From Bilabrum cf. latius (lineage: Eukaryota): DNA of 64,000 bases. The DNA is taken from contig OZ237739.1 of assembly GCA_965178125.1 (NCBI GenBank), forward strand, positions 1,364,001 through 1,428,000, read 5' to 3'. Each line of letters starts with the position of its first letter. The first letter of the stretch is position 1. This document shows positions 12,244-24,781 of the stretch, piece after piece. The notes beneath the pieces were generated by a model. That model was given only the letters and a program-made list of their open reading frames with translations. It made no database searches and was not told where the DNA came from. A program made the translations under genes and the position numbers.

Positions 12244-15200
12244 TCACGCCTCCTCCCCGACGCTCTTGAGTGTCTGGCTCAAGATCTCCCGCATGTTCTT
12301 GGAGGCTCCCGCCTGCAGCTTCTTAACCTGCTCGATCTGCAGGGCGCGCAGGGAGGGAGTCGACGTCCGGGCCTTGGTGAAGCACCCGGCCATGCGCGCG
12401 CCCACCTGCGCGTTCTTCTCGTCCACCCGCTTGAGCATCTCGGCCACGGCGGCGTACCCCTTGCCGGAGGCGTCGTGGAAGGCCCGAGGGTTGCCGAATG
12501 CGAACCCACCCAGCAAGGCGTACACCTTGTTGGGGTTGGTGATGGCGAAAGCAGGGTGCTTCTGCAGCTCGTCCAGCACCTCGGGGCCCTCGGCAGTCGC
12601 CGCGCACATGCGGAACCACTTGTCGATCACGAGAGCGTCGTCCTTCCACTTGTCCCCGAAGGTCCTCACGCTCTCCACCCTCTGAGGGGCGGAGGCAGGC
12701 AGCGCACAGCAGGCGGTGAAGCCCGCCATCTCGTCGGACATGTTGTCTGCGTCCTTCTGCAGGGCGAGAGCCACGTCCGCCGTGGGCTTCTCTGGGGCCT
12801 TGGCCCCCTCCGCGTTCTCGCCCTTGATGAGCAGCACCAGCAGGATGGCCCGGAGGTCCCTGCAGCTCTTGTGAAGCACCTTCTCCCACGTGTACCCGCC
12901 TCGCAGCACGTCTCCGATCCTGCCCAGCACCGCCTGCATGTCTTCGCCCAGCCGAGTGGCCAGCTCAACCTGCACGCTCTTCTTGGCCTTGCCCAGCGCC
13001 ACCGGGTCCACACACCCGTAATGCTTTACTGCGGCCTGCTCCAGCTCGGCGAGGGCGGGCATGGCCAGGATGTGCGCGGACAGGGCGGGGTCCAGGGAGG
13101 CCTCGCCTGCAGCGGCCTTCCCGTCCACGTCAGCGGATCGGATCACGCGCCCCATGGCCTCCACGAACGCGTCGGCCACGCCGTCGGCCAGCTTGATCTG
13201 CTCGGCGCCCTCCTTGGCGCCCTCGGGAGCGGGCATCCGCGCCAGGATCACATCTGTGGCCACCGCTGCGGCCGCGTCGGTCTTGCACACCACGTCAGTG
13301 TCGTGCGCCAGACGGAAGAGCCTGTTCTCCAGCGAGTCGCCCTCCACGGTGAGGCGCACGGGAGCGCTGAACCCGCGCAGCAAGGAAGGCACGGGCTGCG
13401 CCGGCACGCCCTCTAGCACGAATGTCTGCTCGGGCTCGGTCAGATGCAGCACCACCTCGGCAGAGGGTGCAGCCGTGGCGGCGGCGGCATCATCCCCGGG
13501 GGCGTCGACGCCCGCGAGGATGGCCTTGCCCCAGCGCTGGCTCCACTCGGCGGGGTCGGCGCGCAGGGTGACCGGCATGGCCTTGCCGTCGGGGCCCAGC
13601 AGCGACATGCGCACGGGGATGTGCAGCGCGGGCTTTGGGCCCTTCTGCGTGGGCGTGTCGGGGACTGTCTGTGACAGGGTGACGCTGCAGGTCTTGGACG
13701 CCTCGTCCCAGGCAATCTTCGCGTTCACCTCGGGTGTCCCAGCCACGGCGTACCACCTGCGGAACTGCAGGAGGGGCCTGTCGCCCGCCGCCAGGAAGGG
13801 TGCGTCCACCCACCTGGACATGGAGTCCTCTACGCTCTTCACGGAGCCGTCAATGTCCTTGAGTCCTCCCCAGTTGGCGTCCTCCATGGCCGTGCAGAAG
13901 TCGTTGCAGGTGACCGCCTGCCCGTCGTGCCTCTCAAAGTACAGGTCGGTCGCCCGGCGGAAGCGGTCCCTGCCCAGTATCGTCTCGTACATGCGCACCA
14001 CCTCGGCACCGCCGCGATACACTGTCATCGAATAGAAGCTGCGATACTATAGAACGGGAGAAACGGATGCTGATTGCAATCGTGAGCAACATATATGAAC
14101 GCATCGCCAACGACGGGGCAAAACCCTCCGAATAAGACGGTGCCAGACTAGATTCCGCAAGCACTGCAGGATCACACGAGACGCCGTGCATCAATGTTGC
14201 CTCACTTGTCGATGGCCTGCACCTCGTCGGGGCGGATGGGGTGGGACATGGGCCCGGCTGCCTCGGGGAACTGGGCGGCCCTGACCACGCGGACCGTGTC
14301 GAGCCTCTTGCTGACCGCAGACAGCTCGTCCATGGAGAAGCTCTGGTCCCTGAACACGGTGAAACCCTCCTTTAGGGTCACTGCGGGGCAATATGAAAGA
14401 TAGGAAGGAGAGAGGGAGCAATGGAACCGACGCTGACAGACTCGCAGCGCATGCCCCGCATCGAATCACAGCCACATCGGCACGCACTGGCTTTGCATGG
14501 ACGAGGCCAGCACGCGCGGTAAACCCAAGGTCAAGACCGGCATCTAGTGGCCTCTCACGCTGGAACCAGTCCTGGCAGGTCACGCGGTTACCCGAATAGT
14601 TGTGGAAGTACTCGTGTCTGCGGAAGTTGGGGGAGGATAGTGAAACGAAGAGAGAGCAGGCGTGGGCGTGCGAAAGCAAGGGCGATTCGTCTACACAGCA
14701 GGAGCAATAGTCAGCCACAGCCCAACATAGCTCACCCGATCACTCCGGTGATGAGATCCAGGTCCATGTCGGTGGCACTCTTCTCTGAGCCCAGCACGTA
14801 CTTGGTGTTGAACACGTTCAGGCTCTTGTTCTCCATGGCCCCCATTGTGAAGTCTGGGGTGGCCACGATGTTGAACTGTTCCAAATCGTAGATTCGACCG
14901 AAGCGGCGCTCGTCCCAGGCCATGGACCGCTGCAGGCTGCGCATGGCGTGCCCGCACCGCTCGATGTCGTCGCCGATTGCGAAGATGCGCAGGCGCACGT
15001 CCACGCCGTCCTTGCGCTTGAACGAGTCCTCCAGCACGTTGAGGTCGCCCGCCACCAGAGCGAACAGGTAGGTCGGCTTGCGCCAGGGGTCCACCCACTT
15101 CACCCAGTGCTTGCCCTCGGCGGAGGCGTCCTCCGGCGTGCCCTCTCCCTTCTCCACGTCGTTGCCGTTCGAGAGAAGGTAGGGGCTGCTGGCCTTGTCG

Positions 15201-15793
15201 CCCACGACGGTGCACGTGTATGAGCTCATCACGTCGGGGCGATCGAACTGGGGGCAGAAGCGCCTGAATCCCTGTGCCTCCATCTGCGTGATGTACATCT
15301 TGCCGCCCTGCGCCTTGTACAGGCCGCTCAGCTCCGTGTTGTCTGCGGGCGTGTGCTTGGACACGATCACGAGCTCGAAGGTGGCAGCCGATGCGCCGTC
15401 AGCGCCCGAGGCGCTCGCAGCCGCGCCTTTGCCGGCAAGCGACGCGATCGCCTTTTCGACCGGACCGGCCGCAATTTTGAGCAAGTCGTTCTCCTTGTCG
15501 TGCTCGAAGCCATCTGCTCCAGCAGCGACAGCAGTGCCCGCCACAGACACCTCCAGCACATCGAGGAAAGAAGAGGCATCCAGCTCGATCGTCTTGGCCG
15601 CGCTTCCACTCGCTGCCTCAAAAGCAGGGTTAGGACGAGTGGCCAGGCTAGCCCGGACGGTCGTTTCGTCTCCGAGGTCCACCCGCAAATCGACCGTATC
15701 GACCAGGAACGGAGGGGGCAGGTAGTCCAGCCTGCGGATAACCTTGTTGGCCTTTCCTTGCTCTGATGCGTCACCGCCTGCAGCTGCTGCCAT
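12244..15793 (-). CDS. pepN: M1 aminopeptidase N (PepN-type)
   Basis: Exons 15793-14736, 14617-14559, 14380-14206, 14038-12244 (3087 nt). GAMENK, HEYFHN..GNRVTC.DWFQLTLKEG, NFY..TVY, NPNKVYAL, then TGA. No in-frame TAG. Confidence 0.95.
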
Positions 15794-16167
15794 TGAGTAT
15801 ACTATCTGCGTACCATGAAACGGCTTCAAGGGCACATAGAGAGGTAGATGTCCACTAAACCACAGGCGAACACGACATGAAAGATCGTGTTTCAAATACA
15901 GCTCTTGTCGCTATTCATGCCGATTTCTAGTGTGCATTCACCAAAAAGGATATTGCGAAATAACACAGTAAATAAAATCGTCTAGTAACAGGTTCGAATA
16001 CTCTCACGTAGCTGCTAAAAGTGCAATTTAATCGAGTGTACGTCACGCCCGCGCCAGCTGTCGGCCAAGGGCCTGTGACGAGTGCACCCAAACTTCGCTG
16101 GCGGTGGAACACCTTGGCTGGATTTAATTATCTCTCACCATGAAACGGCGCAAGTCACAGCCTGAGT

Positions 16168-19100
16168 TCATTCGTACTGCCTCATGGCCTTGCGGATCAT
16201 CTCCTGCACGTCCTCCAGCTGCCGCAGCGCCTCCTCCCTCTGCAGCTCGTCCGGATCCGCAGACCGGCCGCCCCTCCTCCGCGCCTGCGCACCCCTCGCC
16301 CCGGACCACTCGTCACCCGCAGCGGCACCCGCACCCCTGGACGCCCCCTCGGCAGCCCCCGCCCCGGCCCCTTCCCGCCCCAGCACGTTCACGCCGGCGA
16401 AGGAAGCGTGCCCGAAGACCATCGCCACCGCCTCCTGCACCGTGGGTCTTGTTCCCTCACCGCCCCCAAGGTCCAGCTCCGTGATGGAGCGCCGGCGACC
16501 CCTCGGCTTGGACGGGGAAGAGCCGCCGTCTGCGTGATCCGACCCGCCGGAAGCCGCGGCAAGACCTTGGGCCCTCGGTGCCGCCCTTCCCCCGCCCAGC
16601 TTGCCACCACCGGCCGCCGCTTGCCTCCCCACCGCGCCACGAAGCACGTCTGCGAAATCGCCCGCCATGTCCCGGGCAGACTCCAGCCCCTCCGCCGCGC
16701 CCTCAGCATCTGCCACCTGCTCGCTGGCGGCCGCCGCGCCCAGCCGCGCCCACAGCGGCATGCACGCGTGCCTGGAGCGGTCGAGCGACTCCGCCGCAGC
16801 GGCCTTTGCGGAACCAGGGGCGCCGCGCGCGCCGCCTTCAGCCTGCCCCTGCCCCGGGTCATCGGACACGCCGTCACCGCCAGCCCGCCCGCCCCATCCG
16901 TACCCTGCCTCGGTGGCGGCATCGGCGGCCAGCTGGCCCATCTCATCGTCCAGCTCCCAAAGCGTCAGGAAGCAGAGCCGAGCCCGGCCGGCCTCTCCCA
17001 GTGCCCTGCAGCACTGCCCCAGGCCAAGCAAGGCAGGACCGAGGCAAGGCGCCAGAGCAGCAGCCGCCTGTGCCGCCCGGCCCCGCCTCCACTTGGACCC
17101 CAGGGAGGAGGGCCCGCCACTGCCCCCAGGTGGCGAGCCGGGCGTGAATCCCACAGACCCCATCGACCGCGCGGATGCCATGCCCGGGGTACCGTGTCCC
17201 TGCATCACCTCGCCCCCAGAGCAAATGAGCTGCGCCAGCACACGCGCCTCGCCCCGCATCCCGATCCAAGCAGCCTCGGACGCTTGCCCGCCGGCCCCTT
17301 CCCCTGCCCCATTGCTGCCTGGAGTACCCGGGCCACCCGGCGAGGAGGCCTTGCCCTTGCCATTGCCTTTGCTCTTGGAGCGGCTGGTGCTTCCCCTCCG
17401 CTTGCCCTTGCTCTTGCCCGCGCTGCTGCCTCGCCGCCCTTTTCGCTTGCCCGACGCGGCGGCCTTGTTGGGCGACTCGCTGCCCGTCGCACGGCCGGTC
17501 CCACCCACTGGCACCGACCCGCCCTCCACCCTCTGTCGACGGGCCAGCAGCCAGGAGGCTTGCGCTGCCTGGGCCCCGGACGCACCGAACTGGCGACGCC
17601 AGTGGCGGGCGGCCGGGGTGGCTGCCAGAGCCGCCGCGGGATCGTCGTAGTCGATCGAGTCAGCGGCGTCGCCCTGCCCGCGCATCGCGAACCGCCTCGC
17701 GAGAACGAGGCACTCCACCACTACAGCCTCGAACTTCCGCTAGGCCTTCTCGATGCGTTCCCTGTCGCCCGGACCCAGGTCTGGAGCCAGGGGGAGCAGC
17801 TCCCACACCGCCTGTGCCGCTTTGGATCCCGCTGCTTCCGCACCTGCTCCCGCTGTCCTCGGGGAGGTCCTGGGGCTCCCCCTGCCGGTGCGCGGACTCG
17901 CCCTAGTCCCGCTCCTCGACTTGGAACCACCTCGGCGCCTAGATGAGGAATAGGAGGCAGACAACGTCGCACCCGCCGCCTTTGAAAAGGCCGCGACTAG
18001 ACTGAGGCTCCTCAGGGCGGGCCACACGGCGGACTCCGCTGCCCCGAGCGCGGCGGCAAGGGGCAGCGGCAGGAAATCGTCGAAGCGAGACAGCGCCCCT
18101 ATCGCGCCGTGGCCCCCAGCCCGGTCCGCCTGCAGGACCTGGAGCGCGGCAGCGGCCGCGTCCTCCAGCAGGTCCAGCGGGCTCCCCGCCGTCCTACGAG
18201 CCAGCGACTCGGCAGCCTCGAAGGCCTGCGAGCTGGCGTCGAACACGCCCAGTTGCTGCGTGGTCAGGATCGACGAGGCTCCCGCAGAGGAGGGCACGCC
18301 CTTGCGGCGGTGCTCTCCCGGTGCTAATGCGCCCCCACTTCCCCTGGGGATGAACCTGCCGCTCCGCACAGACCCCGCCCCGTCCCGCCCCGCACCACCC
18401 GTCGCCGTGCTAGCGCCGTCATCAAGGGCGGACTCGGACTCGCCGTCGCCCGTGGTTGTTCCCCCACCCCCTCCCTCCACTGCCAAAGAGGCACAGGCCC
18501 GCAGTGCACGGGCCAACCCGTACCACACCCGCGGGGCCACCACGCCCGTCACACGAGAGCTCACCGCGCTCTCCTGCGACGAGGCCTAAACCGCCCCCCC
18601 GCCCTTCGCACCAAATCCGCTACCACTAGACCGCAACGGACTGCCCCGCCCGCCGCGGCCTGGGGTGCCCCTGGAGGAAGACAAACCTCCCCCCGCAGCC
18701 CCGGCCCCCTGCCCCCCCGCTGCCCTGGCACGCAGCCCGAGCCGCGCCAGCGCGGGCCCCGGCATGAGCTGCCCAGCACCGCTGAAAGCCGGGCCCAGCG
18801 ACACCTGCAGGCCCCGGACAAGCGGCCCCGCGTGCGCCCGCAGCCAGCCAGCGCACGCCTCCAGCGCCTCGCTCGTCACACCCGCAGCCAGGTCAGCCGC
18901 CGTGGCCCGCTGCAGCAGCAGCGCGCAGAGCAGCAGGGCAGCGGATGCCGCGGGGCCGGACGAGGCCCCCGGAGCTGCCGCGTCGCCCATGGCCTGCACC
19001 ACCGCTCGCAGCGCGCGGTAGTCCAGCTCCGCACCCCCGTCTCCTGCAGGTCCGATCGGGCCCGCAGGGGGGGGAGGCGGCGACACCAGCACAGCGACCC

Positions 19101-22100
19101 CCCGGCCTGCCAGGCCGCCAAGCTCGGCTAGTGCCATCGCGGCTGCCTTGGCCTGCGACGAACCAGAACCAGAACCAGCTCCTCCTCGCGGGCCAGACGA
19201 AGATGGGGGGGCGGTGGATGTTCCCAGGGCCTCCTTGCCCGCGGCTGCCACTGCTCGCCATAGGCACCGGGCGGCAAAGTCCCACGCGCCAGGGAGGGAA
19301 AGTGCCTCGGGAGGAACAATCCGATCGGAGCCAGAGGCTGCGTCGCCGGCCCTGTGGGGGGCGATGGCCATCGCTTCGGCGTGCCGAGCCGCGGCTGTGC
19401 CCCGCACCGCCAGCAGCGCGGCAATGTGGCCCGCCCTCGCGCCCCCCTGGGAATGAGCGTGTGTTCCCCGGGCCCCGGAGGCGGCCCCACCACCGGACAC
19501 CGAGGCCTCGTCCATCTCCTTGAGCGCCAGGCTGCGGGCGCACGCGAACATGCACAGGCGGCTCTCTCCAGCCCCTGCCGCCGCGCACGCGAGAGCGTGC
19601 CACGCCGCCGGATCCCGCAGCTCCTCCCCATTGTCCCCGCCCCTGGCATCGCCATCCAGCTCACCGCCCTCACGACCACCCGTTGCGTTGCCCAGGATGA
19701 TGGCACCACTCGAGTTGCGGATTCCCAGCGCCCTGCACAGCGTGTCGGTGGCTGCTCGGGCGCGTCCCCGAGCTAGCAATGCCAGCCCGTCCACCACGGT
19801 GGCCCTTCGCTTGGACTGCTGCTGCCGAGCTGCAACGACCCCCTGCAGCCTCAACAGTGCGGGGCCCAGCCCAGGACACCTCTGTCCCGCCAGGTCTATG
19901 TGTTCCCTGGCCGCTTGCGCCGGCATGCGAAGCTTTCCGTCGCCGCTCCGCGCCCCTGCACCCACCCCCTCGCCGCTCCCAAGCTCCAGGGCCTCCCTCA
20001 GCGAGGGCTGCGCCACGGTGTCAGGCAGGGCCAGGAGCGCACCTGCCAGATTCGCGTGCAGCCTGCCGCACACATCCAACAGAGGTCCCCTCTGGAGATC
20101 CGCCCACGCCTTGTCTGCAGCGGAAGCGGTGCCGCCCTCGCCCGCGTCTAGCTGCGCCAGTGCAGCCTCGCATTCCAGCATGCCGCGCGCATACCACTGC
20201 GTGCAGCTCAGGAGCAGCACCAGGGGCGGGGACCTCTGCTGCTCCTGGTCTAGCTGCTGGATGATGATGCTGGCGCTCGGGAAGCAGCGGAGGAACACCG
20301 AGGCCGGGGGTAGAGAGGCTTCGCTGACTCGGGATGGCATATCGGCGACCCCACCGAGATTGCCGGTGCTCGACCTCCCTACTGCAGTGGCACCGCTCGG
20401 GCTCTCACTGCCGTCCTCCAGCGGCAAGCGAGACCGGCTCGAGGAGGAGCCCCCGCCGCCCCGACGGGAGGCCGGTGCTGGGTCTGCACGGGGCACGGCG
20501 GCCAGTTCCGCTGCCACCCTAAGCCACGCCGAAGGCGACTCGGCTTGCCCCACAGCGAGCTGGTGCTTGCTCAATTCCTGCAGCGCAGCCGCCGCAGCCG
20601 CCGCGGCCTCGGCTCCCTGCGCACTGTCCTGGTCTCCAGCCAGCTGTACCCCGGCCTCCTGGGCCGAGGCACCGATGGCTAGACACGCCCGGGCAAAGTC
20701 CAGTCGACCACCGGCCCGCATCGCGAGCTGGGGCCGCAGGGGTACGGCCTGCCCGCCCAGCCTCCTGGTGTAGTCTTCGTCGTCCGGATCGTCGTGCTGA
20801 CGAGCCCCGCCCATGCGCCACCAGTTGCCCGCGGCGGTTGACGCAGACCGGTCGGCCCAGCTGCTGCCCCCCGTGCGGGCCGAATGCAGCGACGTGCCGG
20901 ACCGGCCGCCGCCCAGCCCAACTCCCCGTCCAGCGGAAGCTGCATTTGCTGCCGCATCGCTCCTAGCCTCTGAGGTCCGAATGGCCTGGAGCAAGGGTGG
21001 GAGAACACTGCCCAGTGAGACCACAGCCGAGGCCGATGATGAGGACGCGCCAGCAGACTTCCCGCTGCCTTTCTTTCCGCCCTTCCTGGATGCCTGCTTG
21101 GCGAGCACCAGGCCCATGGACAGCAGGCATTTGGCGTGGCCAGGACGCACCAGGAGGGCAGCGCGAAGGGCCTGGGCAGCATCGGCGAGGAGACTGGCGG
21201 CGGTGGGTGCCTGCTGAGCGGCGGGCCCGCCCCGCCCCGGCATGGGCTTGCGAGGACTGCCACGACCACCGCCGCTGCTGCTCCCGTCTGCCTTCTCTAG
21301 AAGCAGGGAGGCGTAGCACGCCGCAGAGTCGGCTGCAGCGTCGGGATCCGGGCCCACGCTGCCCAGCATCGCCGCCTAGGCGCTGGCTGAGCCTGCCGCT
21401 GCGCTACCAGCGCGCACCGCAGTGGCCTGTTTCAGCAGCGGTTCGATGTTGCGCCGGAGGAGTCGCTCGGCCTCTTGCCTCAGTCCCTAGCCTTCCACGC
21501 TCGCTGACTGTACGCCCGACCCGCCCCTGTTCCTGCGATACACGTCCAGCAGAGCCACAGCTAGATTCAGCCGCGCACGCACGGCATGTGCGGCCCACAG
21601 CAGGTCGGGGGAAGGGATGGACGCGGGGAGAGGCAGGCGCCAGGGGTGCGCCGCGATGCTAGCCACGGCGTCGTCTGTCGATGATGCCGTCCTGCTTCCC
21701 GTGCCTGCCTGTCCCCCTGCCCCCCTGGTGCCCCGCATGTGTGCACCCGCCCGCCTGGAGACGGGCACGGGAACGGAGAGGCAGCCCCTGTACGCCTCGA
21801 TGGCCTCGACCAGTCTTCCCTCTTGGTGCGACATCAGGCCAGTCCCTAGCAGTGCGTGTGCGTGCAGCAGCGACGCGCGCATGCGGCATCCTGCCAGTGC
21901 CCTCGCTACCTCGCCCACTCCACTGCCACTGCCACTGCCACTGCCACTGCCGCTCGGCGCGCCACCCTCTCCATCGGGCGTGCCTGCCTGCACGCAGTCC
22001 ATGGCGATCTCAGCGTGCGCCACTGCTGCTCCGAACGCCTCCATCGCCTGGTCCCTCGAGCTCCGCTGCAGCTGTTCTCCCTGCGTCGACGGGGCGGCGC

Positions 22101-24237
22101 CGGCCCGCTTCCTGCCGCCGGTCGCGCCTCTCTTGAAGCCCGACCCTCGGCCGCTGCCCCCGCTTCCATCCTCAGGATCAGTCTCGTGCAGATCAGCCGC
22201 CCCCTGCGCATCCAGCGCCGCCGTACCGTAGTTGATGGCCGCTTCGCCCGCTCGCAGGGCGGACTCGGCCTGGGCCAGCATATCTCGCGGGCTGCCGGAT
22301 GATCCGCCGCTGCTGCCACTGGCTTGGGCCTGAGGTATCCCACGCATGCTGGCCCCGCCGCCCTACGCCACGGCTGAGTGCTTGACTCCGCTGGGATGCG
22401 GACCCCCCTCGCTGCCCCATGCACCCGCCTTGGCCCTGCCCTTGCCGCTACCGCCGCCGCCCCAAGAGTGCATGCCGGCAGCCGCTGCGGATCGCTCCGC
22501 CTCGTCCCACACCGCCTTGAGGGCGTGAAGGGCATCGCTCGGACGAAGGATTGCGCCCGCATCTGCCCCACCCTACGCTGCGCTGCTGCGGCGCCTCCTG
22601 CCGTGCCTTGACCCTCCGCCACCGCGCGAGCCACCCGACATCTAGATCTGCGCCCGGCACAGCGCAAGGTGCATCTGCGCCGGACGGTGTACACCCCCCG
22701 CCCTCCGAGCCGCCTCAATGGCCTTGTGAAATCTGCCGGCCGCGTCTCTGGGCCGCCCCATTGCAGCCAGGCACAGGCCCTCTTCGAACCGGCAGGCGCT
22801 GATGGCAGCCGACTCCTCTGCCTCTGTCACTGCAGTGCCCTGCATCAGCCTGCGGAGGGCCTTGGCTTTGGCTGCCGACTGCCCCGCACTGCCCCCCTTG
22901 TCCTTGCCCTTGCCCCCATCTCCGCCACTTTGCTGCCCCTCCGACTCCCCTCCCCCCGCCTCCCCCCTGTCCTGTGCAGCAGCCGCCTCGACGCACGCTC
23001 TGCTCTGCTCAAAATGGCCAAGTGCCCGCTCATCGTCGCCGAAGGGGGCGGGGCCCCGGCCCGGGCCCAGTCCATACCGCGCAAGCTGTCCCCTGCGGAA
23101 CCACAGCGCCGATCGCTGCGGCGCCGCCTGCGCGACGAGACCCAGTGCAGTGGCTGGCCCGGGCGTGCCGTCCTCCCCCCCGCTCCCCAGCGCTGATGCC
23201 GCGCGTTCGTCAACGACGATAGCTCGCGCGTAGCTCGCGTCCGCCCGCGCCAGATCCCCCTGCAGCTCGTGGCACAGCCCACTCCCCGCATGCGCCGAAG
23301 CTGCCACGGCAGGCGAGGGCACGAGGAGATCCGCCTCCACGTCGGTGTCGTTGGAGGCGGCGGGGGCTGGCCCATCCTCGTCCCAGTCAGGGCCTGCCTC
23401 CGACTTGCCCTCCTCGATCCCGGCCTCCCCGTGGCCCATCACGGAGGAAGAGGAGGAGGAGGACGAAGAGGAGGAAGGAGACAGCGTGGCAAGCCTCGCG
23501 GCCTCCGCGAACTGCCTGAGGCAGGTGGCCGGTGAGGACCTGCCGGAGCGGAGACCCCACCAGGCGGCCAGCAGCTGCGCGTGCGGACACGATGGATCGA
23601 CAGCGACGGCGCTGTCAGCCTCGTCGGCGGCGTCCTGCAGCTGGCCCCGCGCCTCTAGGCAAAGGGCTCTGTTGCACCGGGCAGACGAGGCGAGCCTTGC
23701 CCAACGGGTCCTGCGGGAGTCTCGCAGCGCGCGCCGCAACTCGGCATCCGCGATCCTCGTGGAAGTTTCAGCTCTTCGCTGTGCATCCGTGACATGGCCG
23801 GCTCTGAGTAGCACACAGCATTGGTTGAAGGCAAGTGTAGCCTCGACAAGCCTCGCGTGCTCCTCTTCCTGCTTTGCCCTTGGCGAGGACGATCGTGCAG
23901 TCTGCGCATGACGATCCTAGGATGCAATAGCCTTGCTTGCCTTCTTCAGACCGGCACTGGCGGACTCAATGTCGCCGTCGATCGCCTCTTGCACCTGGGC
24001 GAGTCCGGACAGTACGCTAGGATTCGAAGGGTCGAGCGCAAGCGCCTGCTGATACAACTTCCGGGCCTGCTCGGCCAGAACAACTGCTCGCTTTAGATCA
24101 TTTTCGGTGTCCGATCGTACGCAATAATTTCCGGCCACTTGCTAAGCTTCGGCAAGTAACGACGACGCCCGGTCGGACAAGTCGAAGACGCGCTGCCGCT
24201 GCTTGAGCGGCGCTGGCGGTCCAGGCCGAGCTGACAT
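16168..24237 (-). CDS. Large TPR-like helical repeat protein (~2689 aa), function unknown
   Basis: ATG at 24237. One frame via nine TAGs (24142, 23917, 22642, 22573, 22363, 21487, 21376, 18586, 17740) to TGA 16168. TPR-like segments YQQALALDPSN, GLCHELQGDLARADASYARA, ALLVRPGHAKCLLSMG. Confidence 0.75.
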
Positions 24238-24329
24238 AATACGTAGCCTACCAAAACTGGGAAGAGTTCACACTTAAGTCGAATTGCCGCGTTCAAGCTA
24301 AGTGGCAAGGCCGACCCCAACGGGTCAGT

Positions 24330-24361
24330 AGAGCGCCGGCGGTTTTAAGAGCGCCGGCGGT
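24330..24361. promoter_or_regulatory. 14-bp direct repeat AGAGCGCCGGCGGT x2 in a divergent intergenic region
   Basis: Exact copies at 24330-24343 and 24348-24361, each with the palindrome CGCCGGCG, ~100 bp upstream of the TPR gene ATG. The regulatory role is inferred. Confidence 0.35.
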
Positions 24362-24781
24362 CGCAACCACCTGGGCCCTCAGGCTGGGCATGGTCGCGCC
24401 TGCTTCGGTGGGAAACGGCATGAAAGACGGCCCCATGCTTTCCTGCCAGATTCATTGTCAAGTATGGATGCGCCCGTAAGATCTCGTCGGGGTATCAGCA
24501 CGTACCGGGTGCTCGTCTCACCAATGCGACCACCGTAGGCTCGTTGCAACCGAGCAAAGAAGCGCAGGGAGAGGTGGGGGGTTGATGTGTGAGAGAGCGG
24601 GAGTTGTTCGACCATGTGCCCCTACGGCATGGCCTTTGCTGAGGGTTGGGGGTGGTGGGCCCAGCCACTGGCAAGATCGGATCGAACACCGGCGGCAGTG
24701 CGGTGCATATTTCCGATCCGACTTGCAGCAGCGCCTCAAAAGCAACAACATGATGCCTTCGAAGTGCATGAATAACCAAAC

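Noticed and set aside
12244-15793. Bacterial-like PepN as recent horizontal transfer or contamination
   Set aside because: It has three spliceosomal introns and host-like composition, and PepN-type M1 peptidases are widespread in protists and plants.
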